Below are positions 1-13,570 of a stretch of DNA of 64,000 bases, in pieces. Source of the stretch: the human T2T-CHM13v2.0 reference genome, Homo sapiens; the NCBI RefSeq assembly GCF_009914755.1, contig NC_060929.1; one strand, written 5' to 3'. A model generated the notes under the pieces. That model was given only the letters and a program-made list of their open reading frames with translations, did no database searches and was not told the DNA's origin. Within the stretch, counting starts at the first letter, position 1, and every line of letters begins with the position of its first letter. Both the position numbers and the translations under genes were made by a program.

Positions 1-2020
1 TTCTATTCCTACCATTTGAGAATTCAAATTTTCTTTTGTAGTATATTGTTTTAATTATTGAAATAGTATTGAAATACATTTTTGATGTTCAGCTTGTTTG
101 ATAAATGCTACTTTCAGACTAAATTATATATGGTCAAGTAAAATGGTTATTAAAATTAAAACCAAATGAAATAATAAATCAGCCCATTAAAGTAGCAGAT
201 ATAATGGAGTGTGCAGCAGTCTACTATTACTTATGGCTCATAAGTAAGAAAGAATGCTTTTGAGGTTGCATAACACATGAAAACAGAAATTTTGACTTAA
301 TTTGAAAGTGACAAAGAAAGTTTTCATTGACTTGTGAAAATTGCTTTCTTTTTAAGCTCCAGTATGATTATAGTTCAATTTTCCAACCATTTTTTATATT
401 TTAATCATTTCATTTCTTAAATTATCCCTGAATTGATTCCCTTTTTGTTCTTTTTGTTAGAGCAAAAGTCATATTTACAAATCATATTAACATATCTACA
501 TTCATCTGGTACTATATCAGATTAAATTCCTCTTAAACATAATTGTGATAAACTTTTTATAAGCAGATAAAAATTTTCTTGCTTTATGACAGAGAAATAT
601 ATGAGGAACAATTATGCTCTCAATTATTTTTTATAAAGCAGAAAATTTAACACCACTAAACCAAAAACTAGAAAAGCATACATTTTGTTTTTCCTAGATG
701 TAGCTGAATGTTGATAAATATCTAGGACATTCTGTTCATATAAAAACCTTTAACACAGTCTGATTAATACCCATATTTTAATTTGAGCATCTCTGGCAAA
801 AATAATAAAATTATTTTTAAAAATCTCACAAAAGTGTCCTGTCCTTTGATTCTGTAAAGGTACCCATACTGCCTAAATTGCTATTTTAACTGACGTTATG
901 CAAAGATATATCAGCAGAATTTTAACATCGGTATGGATCAACAATCTGTGATCTCGAATGGAATTATAGGTTTACACAGATAGTAGTTGCTATAATGAAT
1001 GATAATCAGAATTCTTAAATTTGGATCTAGGAAAAGACTAAAAAAATCAATAATTGCGTTGCACCATCATTTTTTAAGCCACCAAGTTGAGTATTTTATT
1101 ATTTGCACCCAAAAGGACCCTAACTATTAGACAAAATATTGGATCTTAGAAATGTGACAAAATCATATTCAACTGCATGTGGGGTATGCTGAAGAGAAAA
1201 ACAGCTTAGTGAATGTTTAGTTAAAGCATATGTCAGTGTATATTAAAGGAAGAATAATGTTGGCCTGCAGGAGAATTCATAGCTTGTTGTATGCCTCTAT
1301 CCTTTCTATAATTTTTTCTCTTTACCTACTCTTTGTATGAAACAGAATCAATGAATAGAACAATATATTGTAATTCAGACTGAGTAAGAGATAAGTGTAG
1401 GAAGACCTGTGTGAAGAGAAATAGAATTCAAATCTATTTGGCCATTAGGGCACTTGTCTTTCTATGAGGTTAGAAAGGTAAGGAATGTCAAGCTTCTTAT
1501 ATTTCCTCATAATGAGAAGGCTTGGAAAGGACCATGAAAACCTACTCTTTCCTATTGTTGTAAGAAAATTATTGCTCTTGCTTGTTGGGAAATGTTTATG
1601 GGACTAGGCTAGAAAAGAGAGATAAGTTAAGTGATAGTGCTTTTGTTGCAACTCTAGGATTACTTCTAGCCTAGGGAAAGGGATGTCTTGACTTAGCTGA
1701 GTAGTGTATGGGTTTGGAGGCAAGGCTCCATTCCTTTGCCTAAACTTAAGCCACCGTTAGTTGTGTACTTTATTATCTGTTTGGCCTGTATTTCCTACAG
1801 GAACTTTGAGGTAATTAGTTAAGGACCCAATTCAAAAAGACTTAGCCTCATTTTACAACGTCCACTTATTTTATAATTTCTTTTTTTTTCCCACTGTTGC
1901 CAAACAAATAAAGAATAAATAATTATTGCCTCTTTATCAAGTACATGTATTTGAAAGAATGGCAAATATACAGATTTGATAGAGTATCTAATGAAAAAAT
2001 AATTTAAAAATGAATTACTC

Positions 2021-2298
2021 TATCAAGGGACAAGTACATCCCAACAACTGTTTTTAAAAGACACGTAAATGTCTGCTGCAGAGAACGTGGCCTTGCTTAT
2101 GAATTTCTCTTGTGATCCTACCAACAGGGCTTGCCATTAACTCTACCACATATCTTTTTCTACCACTGATCTTTTCAACGCCTTAGAGAATGCTGGGAGT
2201 GCTGCACCACAGCCACCACAGCCTGGACCTACTGCACAGTCCTTTCTTGCTTTATGCCTCATCAAAGCAAATAGCCTTTCACGTCACCTGGTGTATAG
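2021..2298 (-). mobile_element. ERVL pol fragment (RT-connection/RNase H region)
   Basis: Minus strand reads ...ctgtgcagtaggtccaggctgtgg..., a degenerate ERVL 'LQQVQAAV' motif; colinear with 6676-6951. Confidence 0.75.
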
Positions 2299-2303
2299 TC
2301 CAG

Positions 2304-2670
2304 TGTATCAGTCAGTTCTCACACTGCTAATAAAGACATACCCGAAACTGGTAATTTATAAAGAAAAGAGGTTTAATTGATTCACAGTTCCACATGGCTA
2401 GGGAGTCTTCAGAAAACTTACAATCATGGCAGAAGGCACCTCTTCACAGAGCGGCAGAAGAGAGAATGAATTCTGAGCAAAGGAGGAAATGCCCCCTATA
2501 AAACCATCAGAACTCATGAGAACTCACTATTGGGAGAACAGCATAGGGGTTGCTGCCCCCATGATTCAATTACCTCCCACCTCCCACCGGCTCCCTCCCA
2601 CAACACGTGGGGTTTATGGAAACTACAATTCAAGATGAGATTTTGGTGGGGACAAAACCAAACCATATCA
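2304..2670 (-). mobile_element. THE1 (THE1C/D-like) MaLR solo LTR
   Basis: TG...CA termini, typical THE1 text (ctcacactgctaataaagacatacccgaaactg...ggggacaaaaccaaaccatatca), perfect 5-bp TSD tccag at 2299-2303 and 2671-2675. Confidence 0.95.
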
Positions 2671-2769
2671 TCCAGAGAAAACAGAATGAACAATGGATTA
2701 ATGATAGTAAATGTACGTCATGTAGATCCATACTTGGGTGAAGGACCAAATCTAAAGCTACTGATAAAT

Positions 2770-3245
2770 AAATAGATTGATTTCAATCTGGAAGAAGATG
2801 TTTAAACACATGCTAGAAGAGCCTGTCCACATTTATATCAGTTCCCAGAACAGAGATGGCAGGATGAATGGTTTCGAAAGTGCAACAAATTCAGAATGCA
2901 TTAGTAAGTATATTAGGTTACAGAGTCAGAATGTGAAAGAGTATTGATGCATTAGATGGTCCAAAGCAAATTAAATAAAATGTAATAGAAATAAATGTAA
3001 AGTACTGTATCATGCTTAGTTCTAAAGATACAACTGCAGAAATGTGGAATGAAGAAAGTAAGTCTTTACACCAGCATATGTGAAAAAGATATATGACTTC
3101 TAGGTGACTGTAGCTTTTATATGATTCTGTTGCATGCAGTGAAAAATGCAAATTTGATCTTAGACCCTATTAACATAAGTGCAGAATACAGAGTGAGGAA
3201 TCTGATGATCCCGTTGTAACTTCAGATTCAGAGTGCATTTAGGAT
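2770..3245 (+). mobile_element. L3/CR1 LINE RT-region relic
   Basis: Matches recalled CR1/L3 text: ataaatgtaaagtactg...caactgcagaaatg...catatgtgaaaaaga...gcaaatttgatcttag...attaacataagt. Confidence 0.7.
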
Positions 3246-3542
3246 AAAAAATCCAATTTGCATGCTAGGTTTTTTAAGAAATGTCATCTAAAGTAGAATA
3301 CGTTTAGAAGTTTCAGAAAATGCTTTACTATAGTCAATAAAAAATATATATAAAGAAAAAAATTAAAAAGGGAGTTTTTACAAGTATTTAAAATGCTTTG
3401 CTTTAGAATGACATATATTGGATATATATCACACAATTCCAGAGGGAAACAATAGGTAGGTGCAAACAAAGAATACATGTGCAGAATTCTCATATAAATA
3501 TAGAAAAATTTTAAATATTCAGTACAATAATGATGTGGGCCC

Positions 3543-4270
3543 TGTGTTAGTTGGGGTACCTTGGAAATCAGACATCAGGTGATAATTAGAATGTAAGAGG
3601 TTTAATGAGGGAAATGACTTTGAAAAATAATGAGAAGTGAAAACTAAGAGTAGGTTATGAGAGCTATTAACCCATGATGCAGGTCTGATAACCTGTGAAA
3701 TGGGACCAGACAGGGAGGAAAACTGGGAAGGAAAAGACTTCTATCGCAGTGTAGGTCTTAGTAAACCTCAGTCAAACTGATGGGAATCCCCAGAGGAGTC
3801 TGTCAAAAGAGCCATTCGAAGAGTCACATTTTGTGCCGGCCGCGGTGGCTCACTCCTGTAATCCCAGCACTTTGGGAGGCCAAGGCAGGCTGATCACAAC
3901 ATCAGGAGTTCGAGACTAGCCTGGCCAATATGGTGAAACCCTGTCTCTACTAAAAATACAAAAATTAGCTGGGCATGGTGGCAGGAGCCTGTAGTCCCAG
4001 CTACTCTGGAGGCTGAGGCAGGAGAATCGTTCAAATCCGGTAGGCGGAGTTGCGGTGAGCCGAGATCACGCCACTGCACTCTAGCCTGGGTGACAAAATG
4101 TGACTCTTTTCCATCTCAAAAAAAAAGAAAAAAAGAAGAGTGGCATTTTGGAAGACAAGTTGGGGTTCTGGGATGTGTGCCTCACTCAGCCATTGGTGAG
4201 GTACAGTCCTGGGAGGTTTTACCTTCAAAATGAACATTGGAGTATTCCAGAGTGTGGTGGTTGAAGAATG
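3543..4270 (-). mobile_element. LTR16-family (ERVL) LTR, split by an Alu
   Basis: tgtgttagttggggtaccttggaaatcagac...ccatgatgcaggtctgata...cctgtgaaa; resumes after the Alu (ctcagccattgg). Confidence 0.7.
3834..4134 (+). mobile_element. AluS (AluSg-like)
   Basis: Dimeric Alu with A-tail; TSD gaagagtcacattttg (3818-3833) / gaagagtggcattttg (4135-4150). Confidence 0.95.
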
Positions 4271-4404
4271 ATAGAGCTCTTATTACGGTTTGATAGTTTA
4301 CTTTGTTTGAGAATTGGATTATTTTTTATTCTGTGAAAGAAATCCCTTCTCCTTCATGACATGCCCCATTTGAGATACTGTCATAGAAAACTTGCTAATC
4401 CATA

Positions 4405-4785
4405 AGCATCAATTAGAACTTCTAGAAAGCAGATGCTGAGATTAAGTGAACAGTAAAGGTTAATTGGGGAGTAGCATCTGTGAAAGAAAAAGAATGTGGC
4501 AGAAAAGTTCAGGGGGAGCCAAGAGACCATGATGCATATCTCACAAAGTCTCTGCCATCTAAATCAAGAGCTCTAGAGCAAAGATGGCTCACTAGAAGGG
4601 TCCTACGTCAAGTGTAAATGACAAGATTTTGTTAGTACAGTCTTGCTTAGTCATGGTCTGAAGCCATCTTGAGATGTATGACCTCATTTTCAATACAGAG
4701 GCAGAATTGAAGAAGTTAATAGCCACGGGCTGGCAGCTAACCACACTTGCCACCTGTCATTTCCTGAAGCTATCTGGAGGCTACA
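4405..4785 (-). mobile_element. LTR16A-like LTR, the 3' LTR of a minus-strand provirus
   Basis: agaaagcagatgctgaga...taattggggagtagcatctgtgaaaga...gagctctagagcaaagat; directly adjoins ERVL internal sequence. Confidence 0.7.
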
Positions 4786-7238
4786 GTCCTCTATTTGTTC
4801 ATGTAGTCCACTTTTCTACCCACGTTTAGGCAGCAGCTCCTCTAGAGTTCCAGTGATTATCCTTTCCTACATGTAAATTTGGAAGAGAGAGGTTAGTGGA
4901 AACAAACTACAGCTCTCATTCCTGTGACTGGTTCAGGGACTGCAACCCATTGTATTCTTTTTCCACTATCCATTCTAAATTCCACGTATTTTCAGCTGTC
5001 ATCTCGGCTGGTCTTTTGGCTGCTGTGGGGCTGTGTAACCTAAATCTTCATTTTAAGCATTAGAACCCATGATAAACACCCTTCTACAGCAGGGGTTGCT
5101 GTACTTACCTATTGACAATCACAATGGGGATATAGATTGCTAATGGACAGCCAAGAGCATCACCTCGGTTTTCTATGTGTTTCCCCCTGCCCTCATAATA
5201 TATCAGTAGTCCTATCTTTCCCTGTTAATCAAGGTAAGTTTTCCTGCAAATATCGTGACTTTCTTTCTGCCTACTGGTCTCCTATCAAAAGGGTATCTTC
5301 TTTGGAAACCAGGACTTGTATCCCAGCAGAGCCCAGAGTTCTGGAAATGCATAAATAAATTAAAATAAATTAACTGAATGGACCATTGAAGGTGATGGCT
5401 TTTCCATGGATCCTGGAACTGTAAAATCTTCTGAGTTGGGATGAAGGAACAGAGAGAAATCTCTGATTCAGTGAGGATGGAGCTCCATCCTCAGTGTATT
5501 ACCTCCAAACTGGCATTTTAGATGCAACTTTATCAAGCCTTTCCAACTCTGTCAGTCCAGCTGTTTCTACATAGTGCAATTTAGCATCATTTCCACATTT
5601 CCTTCATTGTTAGTGAGTCCCCTGTTCTGGAGCTCAGTTGTGTGGGATTTCATGCCTATGGGCAGGTGTTCCATAAGCTCCTAGATAATGGTGTTGGCTG
5701 AGGCTCAGCAAGCAAGAAAAGCAAATCCATGGTTGAAATACATATCTATTCCTGTGAGAACAAATCAATAGCCATTCCAAGACATTAAGAGCCAGTTGAT
5801 CTCCTTGAGGCATAGTGTCATGCCAGGGACTCTTTGTTGCTCTCCGTTGTACATTTAGAGAAGGCAATAGCTAGATAAGCCTTGATGAAAAAGATTACAT
5901 GCACATCCTTCATCCCTGTGAATATGCACACATCACTTGTATGTTCATTTGTCTACCACTAAGTAGCTGCTGACAAACTCTGGTTAACATCCATTGGCTT
6001 AGCCATTTATATATATTTTATTAGATAATGTCTTTTCTACGGTGGATATTTCCTTTTGCACATTAATATCTTATACACAGATCTTCACTTTGTCCCAACT
6101 CCTATATGTCCATCTGATTGTCTCTACTCCAGGCCTTCTGTCACTAATCTTTCAATATCTTTCCTGTGGTCTCCTGAATAATTATCTATGTAGTTAACTA
6201 CTACTCTTAGCCTCAGATATTCCTCAAATCGTATGAGTAAACAGGTTTACCACCCATAGCTTCACCCATTGGAGAGGTTTTTCTCTTTTGCCTGTTGTTC
6301 AAGCCTCCCTGCAATGAAGCTACTCTCCAGTTTATTATAGAACCAACATGTTTAGCTAACCCATGGCTAAACCATGCTTCCACTTCTTTATCCACATTCA
6401 ATTGTTCTTAATGGCCCTTATGACCATTGGTGCAACCTGAGGGAGGGGTGATGGTGCAAATGTTCTTTGTGACATGGGAGTCCAGGAAACTTGCCCACAT
6501 AGTTTTTCTTATGCTCTCTTGTTCTACTTGTGCTCAGTCCTAAATCTATTATTTCTGTTTTTCAATAAATTTGCCACTAGACCTGCCTGACTTGAAATCT
6601 CTGACAAGACTCAGCTCCTGTTGTGTAATTCCAAATACAAGTTCACCTGTGTCTCAATGTAAATCATTTTGATTCTATCCAGAGACAGATGCATGCCAAC
6701 AGCTGTTTTTTAAATGATGTATCTTTGTGCTGCAAAGGGCATGGTCTTTCTAATGGGTTTATGTTAGGATCCTACCAATAGAGTTTGTCATTAACTCCAA
6801 AGTGCATTCTTTGCTACCCCTGGTATTTCCTACACTGTAGATACTGCCAAGAGCACTGTTTGCACCATAGCCTGGACCTACTGCAGAGTTCTTCCTTGCC
6901 CTAGGCCTCCTTAAAGCAAATAGCCTTCCATATCACCTGCTATATATCCAGGTAGTATTCTTTGGGGTGAACTGTATTGTCTCCAGAACCTTGAGATGTT
7001 TACTAGGTGGTATCCATGCTTCATCGTGGTAGGGAATGCAAGACGCTGCATTTTGCCTTTTGTTTGGGAGGGGATATTCCAGCATGCTCCTAACCATTCA
7101 GGCTCCTGAAGATTTTACTGAAATGGTAGTTTCTCGTTATCCATAAGGTTTATTTCTCATACTCCGGAATTCACATATTTTATTAAAGTCTCCATCCTGC
7201 TAGCCCTTGTTGATCACACTGCCAATTCTTCATGATGA

Positions 7239-7842
7239 TATAGGGATGAAAGAACCTCGTCTGTCATCTCTTGAGGTTTGATATTTGAGTCTGAGAAATA
7301 AACTGACAATAGACCGATAAGCAAGAACAAGTGCATAGAAATTTACTTACGTGCTTAGGAGCATCACAGGAAGGTGAGTGTTCAATATCCCAATGAGGTC
7401 TAGAAGTTTAAATACTTTTCTTCATAGAATAATGGAAAATGGGGGGTGTAGGCCAATTTTTAGAGGGGTGGTAAATGATTTTTAGGAGAGATAAATGAGA
7501 CAGCAGAACAGATAGCCTGGGACAAAGTTTGTCTGGGCTCTAAGTATGATGTTTGATTTTCAGTCTCTTCCTCTGTGATATGAGTTTCATCTTTGTTGGT
7601 TAATGAAATTTCAGTGGGAAGACCGAAGGCATTGTGCTCTTCTTTGGTGGATCCGGTCTTCAGGTAGATAAAGGAACTTCAGAGAAAACCCTCTCCCTTT
7701 GCTTCAGGAGAGGCAGAGAGATGAGAGACAGTGGGGCAGGAGAAAGCGAGAGAGAGATTTTGGTTTTGAGATTGCTTCTTTAGTTCAAAGTATTCAGCAT
7801 GTCAAAGCACCATGCTTTGAGGTGTGTTTTCTGAACCCCATA
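7239..7842 (-). mobile_element. ERV1 (MER4-group, MER34/MER39-like) solo LTR
   Basis: End text tagttcaaagtattcagcatgtcaaagcaccatgctttgaggtgtgttttctgaaccccata is typical of this group; ERVL RT sequence resumes on both sides. Confidence 0.75.
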
Positions 7843-9274
7843 ACATCAGTGTAATGGAGCGACATGATGTTTCGCACAAGCATTATTCCATGTTCAACAT
7901 ATCAGATGCTATCGGAGCCACTACCTGTGCTCTTGTGTTAGTCCACAAAATTCACTTTCAGGGTTCAGACTGGTGAATCAAATGAAGTGGTGACAGGGAC
8001 CCTCTGCTCTGCATTTCTTAGATCTTTACATGTTGCACTATTCGCCACCATCCTGCTGAATCACAAAATATTGTTTTGTATTTATAATCTTGGCTGGGGG
8101 AAGTTTTAAAAACTTCAATTTTTTAAAATTATCTACTATGATAGCTGTTATGCCACAAGCCAGGTTCACAATGTAGAGATTGCTCTAACCACAAAACATC
8201 CAATTATAATTACATATTTAGAGACTGGTGAAATGACTACCAGGTAATTTTTCTAATGCCGTAAACCCTCTCTTTACTGGACTTTGACAAGGATTCTACT
8301 TTTTAACCTGGTTAAAAAGATCAGAAGAACTCCAGTTTAATGGGGAGAAGAACATGCTAACACATCATGTATCAGATAATCTATCTCATCTCAGACCCTG
8401 TGTTCCATAGTTCTTGAAATGACATAGTTCCACAATTTTCGTTGGGCATTGTGCTGTCATCCAAGCAAATAGCCACAAGGCATCTGGAAAAGGACTGATA
8501 AAATTATAACAGCATTTTCTTTTTTTGCCACGTCTTTCTTCCTACAGACCTGGAAATCTCTTTAGTCAGTGTGTTTCAGGGAGAAAGCTATAGGAACTGG
8601 ACAAAGTATTATGGTTTTTATTAAGATTACTGCTCTTAGCCTCCCGCTTACTCATTCTTGCTTTGTTTAATCATGTTTTACATTGTGATTACATTACACA
8701 GTACCCTAGTTGGCTGCCCATTTCTTTTGCTCCTGGAGTTGCTATGTCTATTACTGATTTCTGTAACACTCTTCAGGTTAAACCATTTCAGCTGCCACTT
8801 AGATTTTGCTGGTTGTTACAAAAATTGTATCCTCTCGAAGGTTCTGCTGGTTCTTAAATGACCTACATTCTCCACTGCTATTAATAAGTTAAACTCTATA
8901 ACCTTTCCTACCCTCTATTTTAGCCTGCTGAGTTGCCACTGAACTTCTTAATGACGATGGCTCTCTTAACCATTGTATCCCTTATGACCTGGGTAAATGA
9001 TGTGCGCTTCGGCCTTCTCATAAAACAAAATTATCTCACTCACATAATACATACACTCTAGCATGTCTATCTTCTTCATTTGTTCTACTCCTCCTCCACC
9101 ATCTGCTATCGCAATTAAAGCTTTTCAGCTTCACTCTTCCTGGGTTTATTTTCTCCAGACTTCTAGGAGCCAACCTGGCATTGAGCCTGCACCACCACCC
9201 ACGCCCCGGCCTCAGAGTCCTGGCTAAGGTATTAAGCTCCTTATGCTGAGGGTATCCCCTTGCAAATGAGTTGG

Positions 9275-10272
<998 letters not shown>

Positions 10273-10681
10273 TCTCTAAATTCACCCTTCATCAGTCTTA
10301 TGTTTTGGCCTCTTTAACCACACATTCTTATAATCCAGGTTTACTGGATTTCCATGCAGGGAAAAGAGGCTAGGTCCTATACTGCAGTCTTCATGATTGT
10401 GAAGGGCCATGCCAAGAACATGATCTTGCCTCAAAAGATGAGGAGAATTTAAAGGAGTTAACAGCTTGAAGTTGTCATAACCTTGCTTATCAAAGTACTT
10501 TCTTAAAAGTGATATCTGAGCCACTCATCTCAACGTTCATACCACATAACTTGCAGCACACGAATTTACACTAGGTTTACTTAGGACTCTTATTGTACAT
10601 GTGCTTTTTTCTCCTACATATAAGCAGTAAAAGTAGATAGAATAACCTATACTATTTATGAGTTAAGAAATAATAAACATA

Positions 10682-10914
10682 TGTTCTCACTCATAAGTGG
10701 GAGTTGAACAATGAGAACACATGGACACAATGAGGGGAACATCACAAACCAAGGCCTGTCAGGGGGTGGAGGGCTAGGGGTGGATAGCATTAGGAGAAAT
10801 ACCTAATGTAGATGACAGGTTGATGGGTGCAGCAAACCACCATGGCACGTGTATACTTATGTAACAAACCTGAACATTCTGCACATGTACCCCAGAACTT
10901 AAAGTATTAAAAAA
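10682..10914 (+). mobile_element. 5'-truncated L1PA (PA7/8-like) 3' end
   Basis: L1 3'UTR plus A-tail; perfect 17-bp TSD aagaaataataaacata (10665-10681 / 10915-10931). Confidence 0.95.
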
Positions 10915-11075
10915 AAGAAATAATAAACATAAAGGATATTGCAAAGTAACCTTTAGAGTATACTGTTAGTCATATAAAACACTATCGTGTGTGTGCACCA
11001 AGAAAAAAAAATACCATAAAATATGTTAATTATGTTTGTGTTTAAAAGGTAATATTTTGGAATATTGACATAATC

Positions 11076-11394
11076 TTTTTTTTTTTTTGAGACGGAGTCT
11101 CACTCTGTTGCCCAGGCTGCAGTGCAGCAGCACAACCAAGACTCACTTCAGCCTCGACTTCCAGTGTTCAGCCTTGACCTCCAGGGTTCAAGAGCACAAT
11201 CAAAGCTCACTCCAGCCTTGACTTACAGGCACTTGCCACCATGCCTGCCTAAATTTTCTTTTTTTTTTTTTTTTTGTAGAAACAGGGTTTTGCCATGTTT
11301 CCCAGGCTAGTCTCAAACTCCTGGGTTCAAGCTATACTTTCTCCTCAGCCTCCCGAATTGCAGGGCTTACAGGCTTGAGCCACCGTGCCTGGCC
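11076..11394 (-). mobile_element. AluJ with internal rearrangement
   Basis: Poly-T and Alu arms; TSD ttgacataat / ttgaaataat. Confidence 0.9.
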
Positions 11395-11491
11395 TTGAAA
11401 TAATTATTTTCATCTATCTCATTCCCCGCAAACATTTGAAGCTTTTGCAAATCTCTAAATATATCTTCTTTTCTCTATTTCGGTGTGTGTA

Positions 11492-11852
11492 TAGTCCTAT
11501 GTCCATGTGTCACTAACCATGGCTATACATTTTGAGAAACACCTTGTTAGGTGGTTTGTTATTATGTGAATTTTTATTATATAGAGTGAACTTTCACAAA
11601 CCTTGATGGTATGGCCTACTACACATCTAAGCTATATGGTATAGTCTATTGCTTGTAAGCTACAAATTTGTACAGCATGTTACTATACTGAATACTGTAG
11701 GCATTTGCAACACAAAGGTAGCTATTTGTGTATCTAAACATAAAATGGGTGAAGTAAAATTATTTCAATAGTATAATCTTATGGTTCCATGGGGCCACAA
11801 TTGTATGTGTGACTCGTCATTGACAAAAACATCATTATGCAGCGTGTGACTA
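11492..11852. mobile_element. Tigger3/MER7-type DNA transposon (non-autonomous)
   Basis: cacaaaccttgatggtatggcctactacacatctaagctatatggtatagtctattgc...aaacatcattatgcagcgtgtgact, TA flanks. Confidence 0.85.
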
Positions 11853-11894
11853 TATATATATTTATAACATAAACACTTCAATCTGATATTGCTT

Positions 11895-12330
11895 TCTAAG
11901 AAAGCACAGTCTCTGAAGCCAGACATACTAACTTCCAAATCTTCCCATACTAAAGGTACCATCTTTGATGAGCTACTTAACTACTTGGTGCTTTAGTCTT
12001 TTTATTTATAAAAAGGGTGTGATAATAATAACTAAGTCAAATTTATTTTGTGTAAATTAGATGTGATATGGGCTTAGAAACAGTGTCTGGTTCATATTGA
12101 TCATAGAATATTAGTACCATTGTAGCTTTTTTGTGCAGAAGAAAACACAGGCAAATGATAGAATTTTGGAGTCTGAGGCTATAGTTTGACTTTTTTCTTA
12201 GATATATAACTTGTAGGAAATAAGCTTATACTTACGAACACTTCTTCTGTATCTCCAAATTGAGAATAATTATGAAGATGTTATAGGGTCATGAAGAATA
12301 TTGAATAAATGATTACATGTACACTTTCTA
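11895..12330 (+). mobile_element. Two adjacent MIR relics
   Basis: ctctgaagccagac...ctacttaac...ttatttataaaaaggg...cttagaaacagtgtctgg; second core ttggagtctg...tctccaaattgagaataat. Confidence 0.6.
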
Positions 12331-13039
12331 ATAAAAATGGTATAATAAGCCTCTACGATGATAGTGATATTTATTTGAGAAACTTATAACGTGAAATGAT
12401 TCTTATATCAAGAAAAACTCATGGAAGCATTTATTCTCAGGGAACTGGAATTGAAATCATCACAATAATCACCATGATCGGTATTATTATTACTGTCATC
12501 TTTAATATTATTCACGTTGTCTTCATGTCCAATATCATACTTTTGGTCTGAGTTAATCAATAAACATAAGCAAAGTGTTTTCTGAATCCTGTTAATCAAT
12601 CATTTGTACTAAGGGGGGAAAAAAGTCATTTCAGTTCCCAGTTGATCCTGTTACTAATCTTGCTTTTCCATCTCCTATTTTTATTTCATAAAGAACCCTC
12701 ATATTTAGAATAATATATTCCAGCCTTAGATTATAGTTTCCTTTGCATGTGCTTAATTTTCTCATTTCAATTTTTCCATGGGGTCAAAGGGATACAAGAG
12801 ATAAAGTATAGTCAATTAACAGAATCTGTGCATACATGTATTTAAATGATGTAAGTAATTATTATTATAGAATGGTTCATTATTATTTTTAGGTTTGAAA
12901 ATTAGTACTTTCAATTTTCTCAAATTAAGTGCATTACATAAAATATCTCTTTCTGTGGAATTAGATCTAACAAGTGACTCTCGTGGTTTGTTTATTCCAG
13001 ATTAACCGCTTTGGGATTTATCTTGGTTATCTCATGAGC

Positions 13040-13570
13040 TGAAAAAAAAGAAGTCCCTATTCTTACAACAAGAAAAGCCTTGTTCAGGCTGTAAAGTAAT
13101 GGCTTTTCTAACCCAGATGAAAACAGGTCAAAGGATAAACGACCATCCAAAATTCTGAGGAGACATAGGCACATCCAGGGAGACAGAGGAGTCAAACAGT
13201 TGCTAACCTTGGACAGAGGCTGCTAGATACCAAGAAAGCCCGCCAGAATATCGAAGAAACACTGATAATTCCTTGGAAGTTGAACATTAGTATGGGGCTA
13301 CGGTAATGGGCTTTCCACCCATTTGAATGCTTTTTTCTCTAGAAACACCATGAGGCTTTTACAGGGGGGATCTGAGAGAATCCAGAGAATGTTTCCCTTG
13401 TCTTACTAGTTGGGGAGGGAAAGACCAGACACCGTAAAGTCCATCCAGATCCCACTGCCATGTGAAACAAAGGCTTAATCAGCAGTGGGAAGGGCCAGAA
13501 GAATGCAGACTAACAGTACTAGAGGATATTTTTTGCAGCTAGTAAAAGGAAGATGGAGCAGGAGACACTG
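13040..13570 (+). mobile_element. Old L1M 5'-region fragment (tentative)
   Basis: tacaacaagaaaa...caaaattctgaggagac...catccagggagacag resembles L1M/L1MC 5'UTR. Confidence 0.4.
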
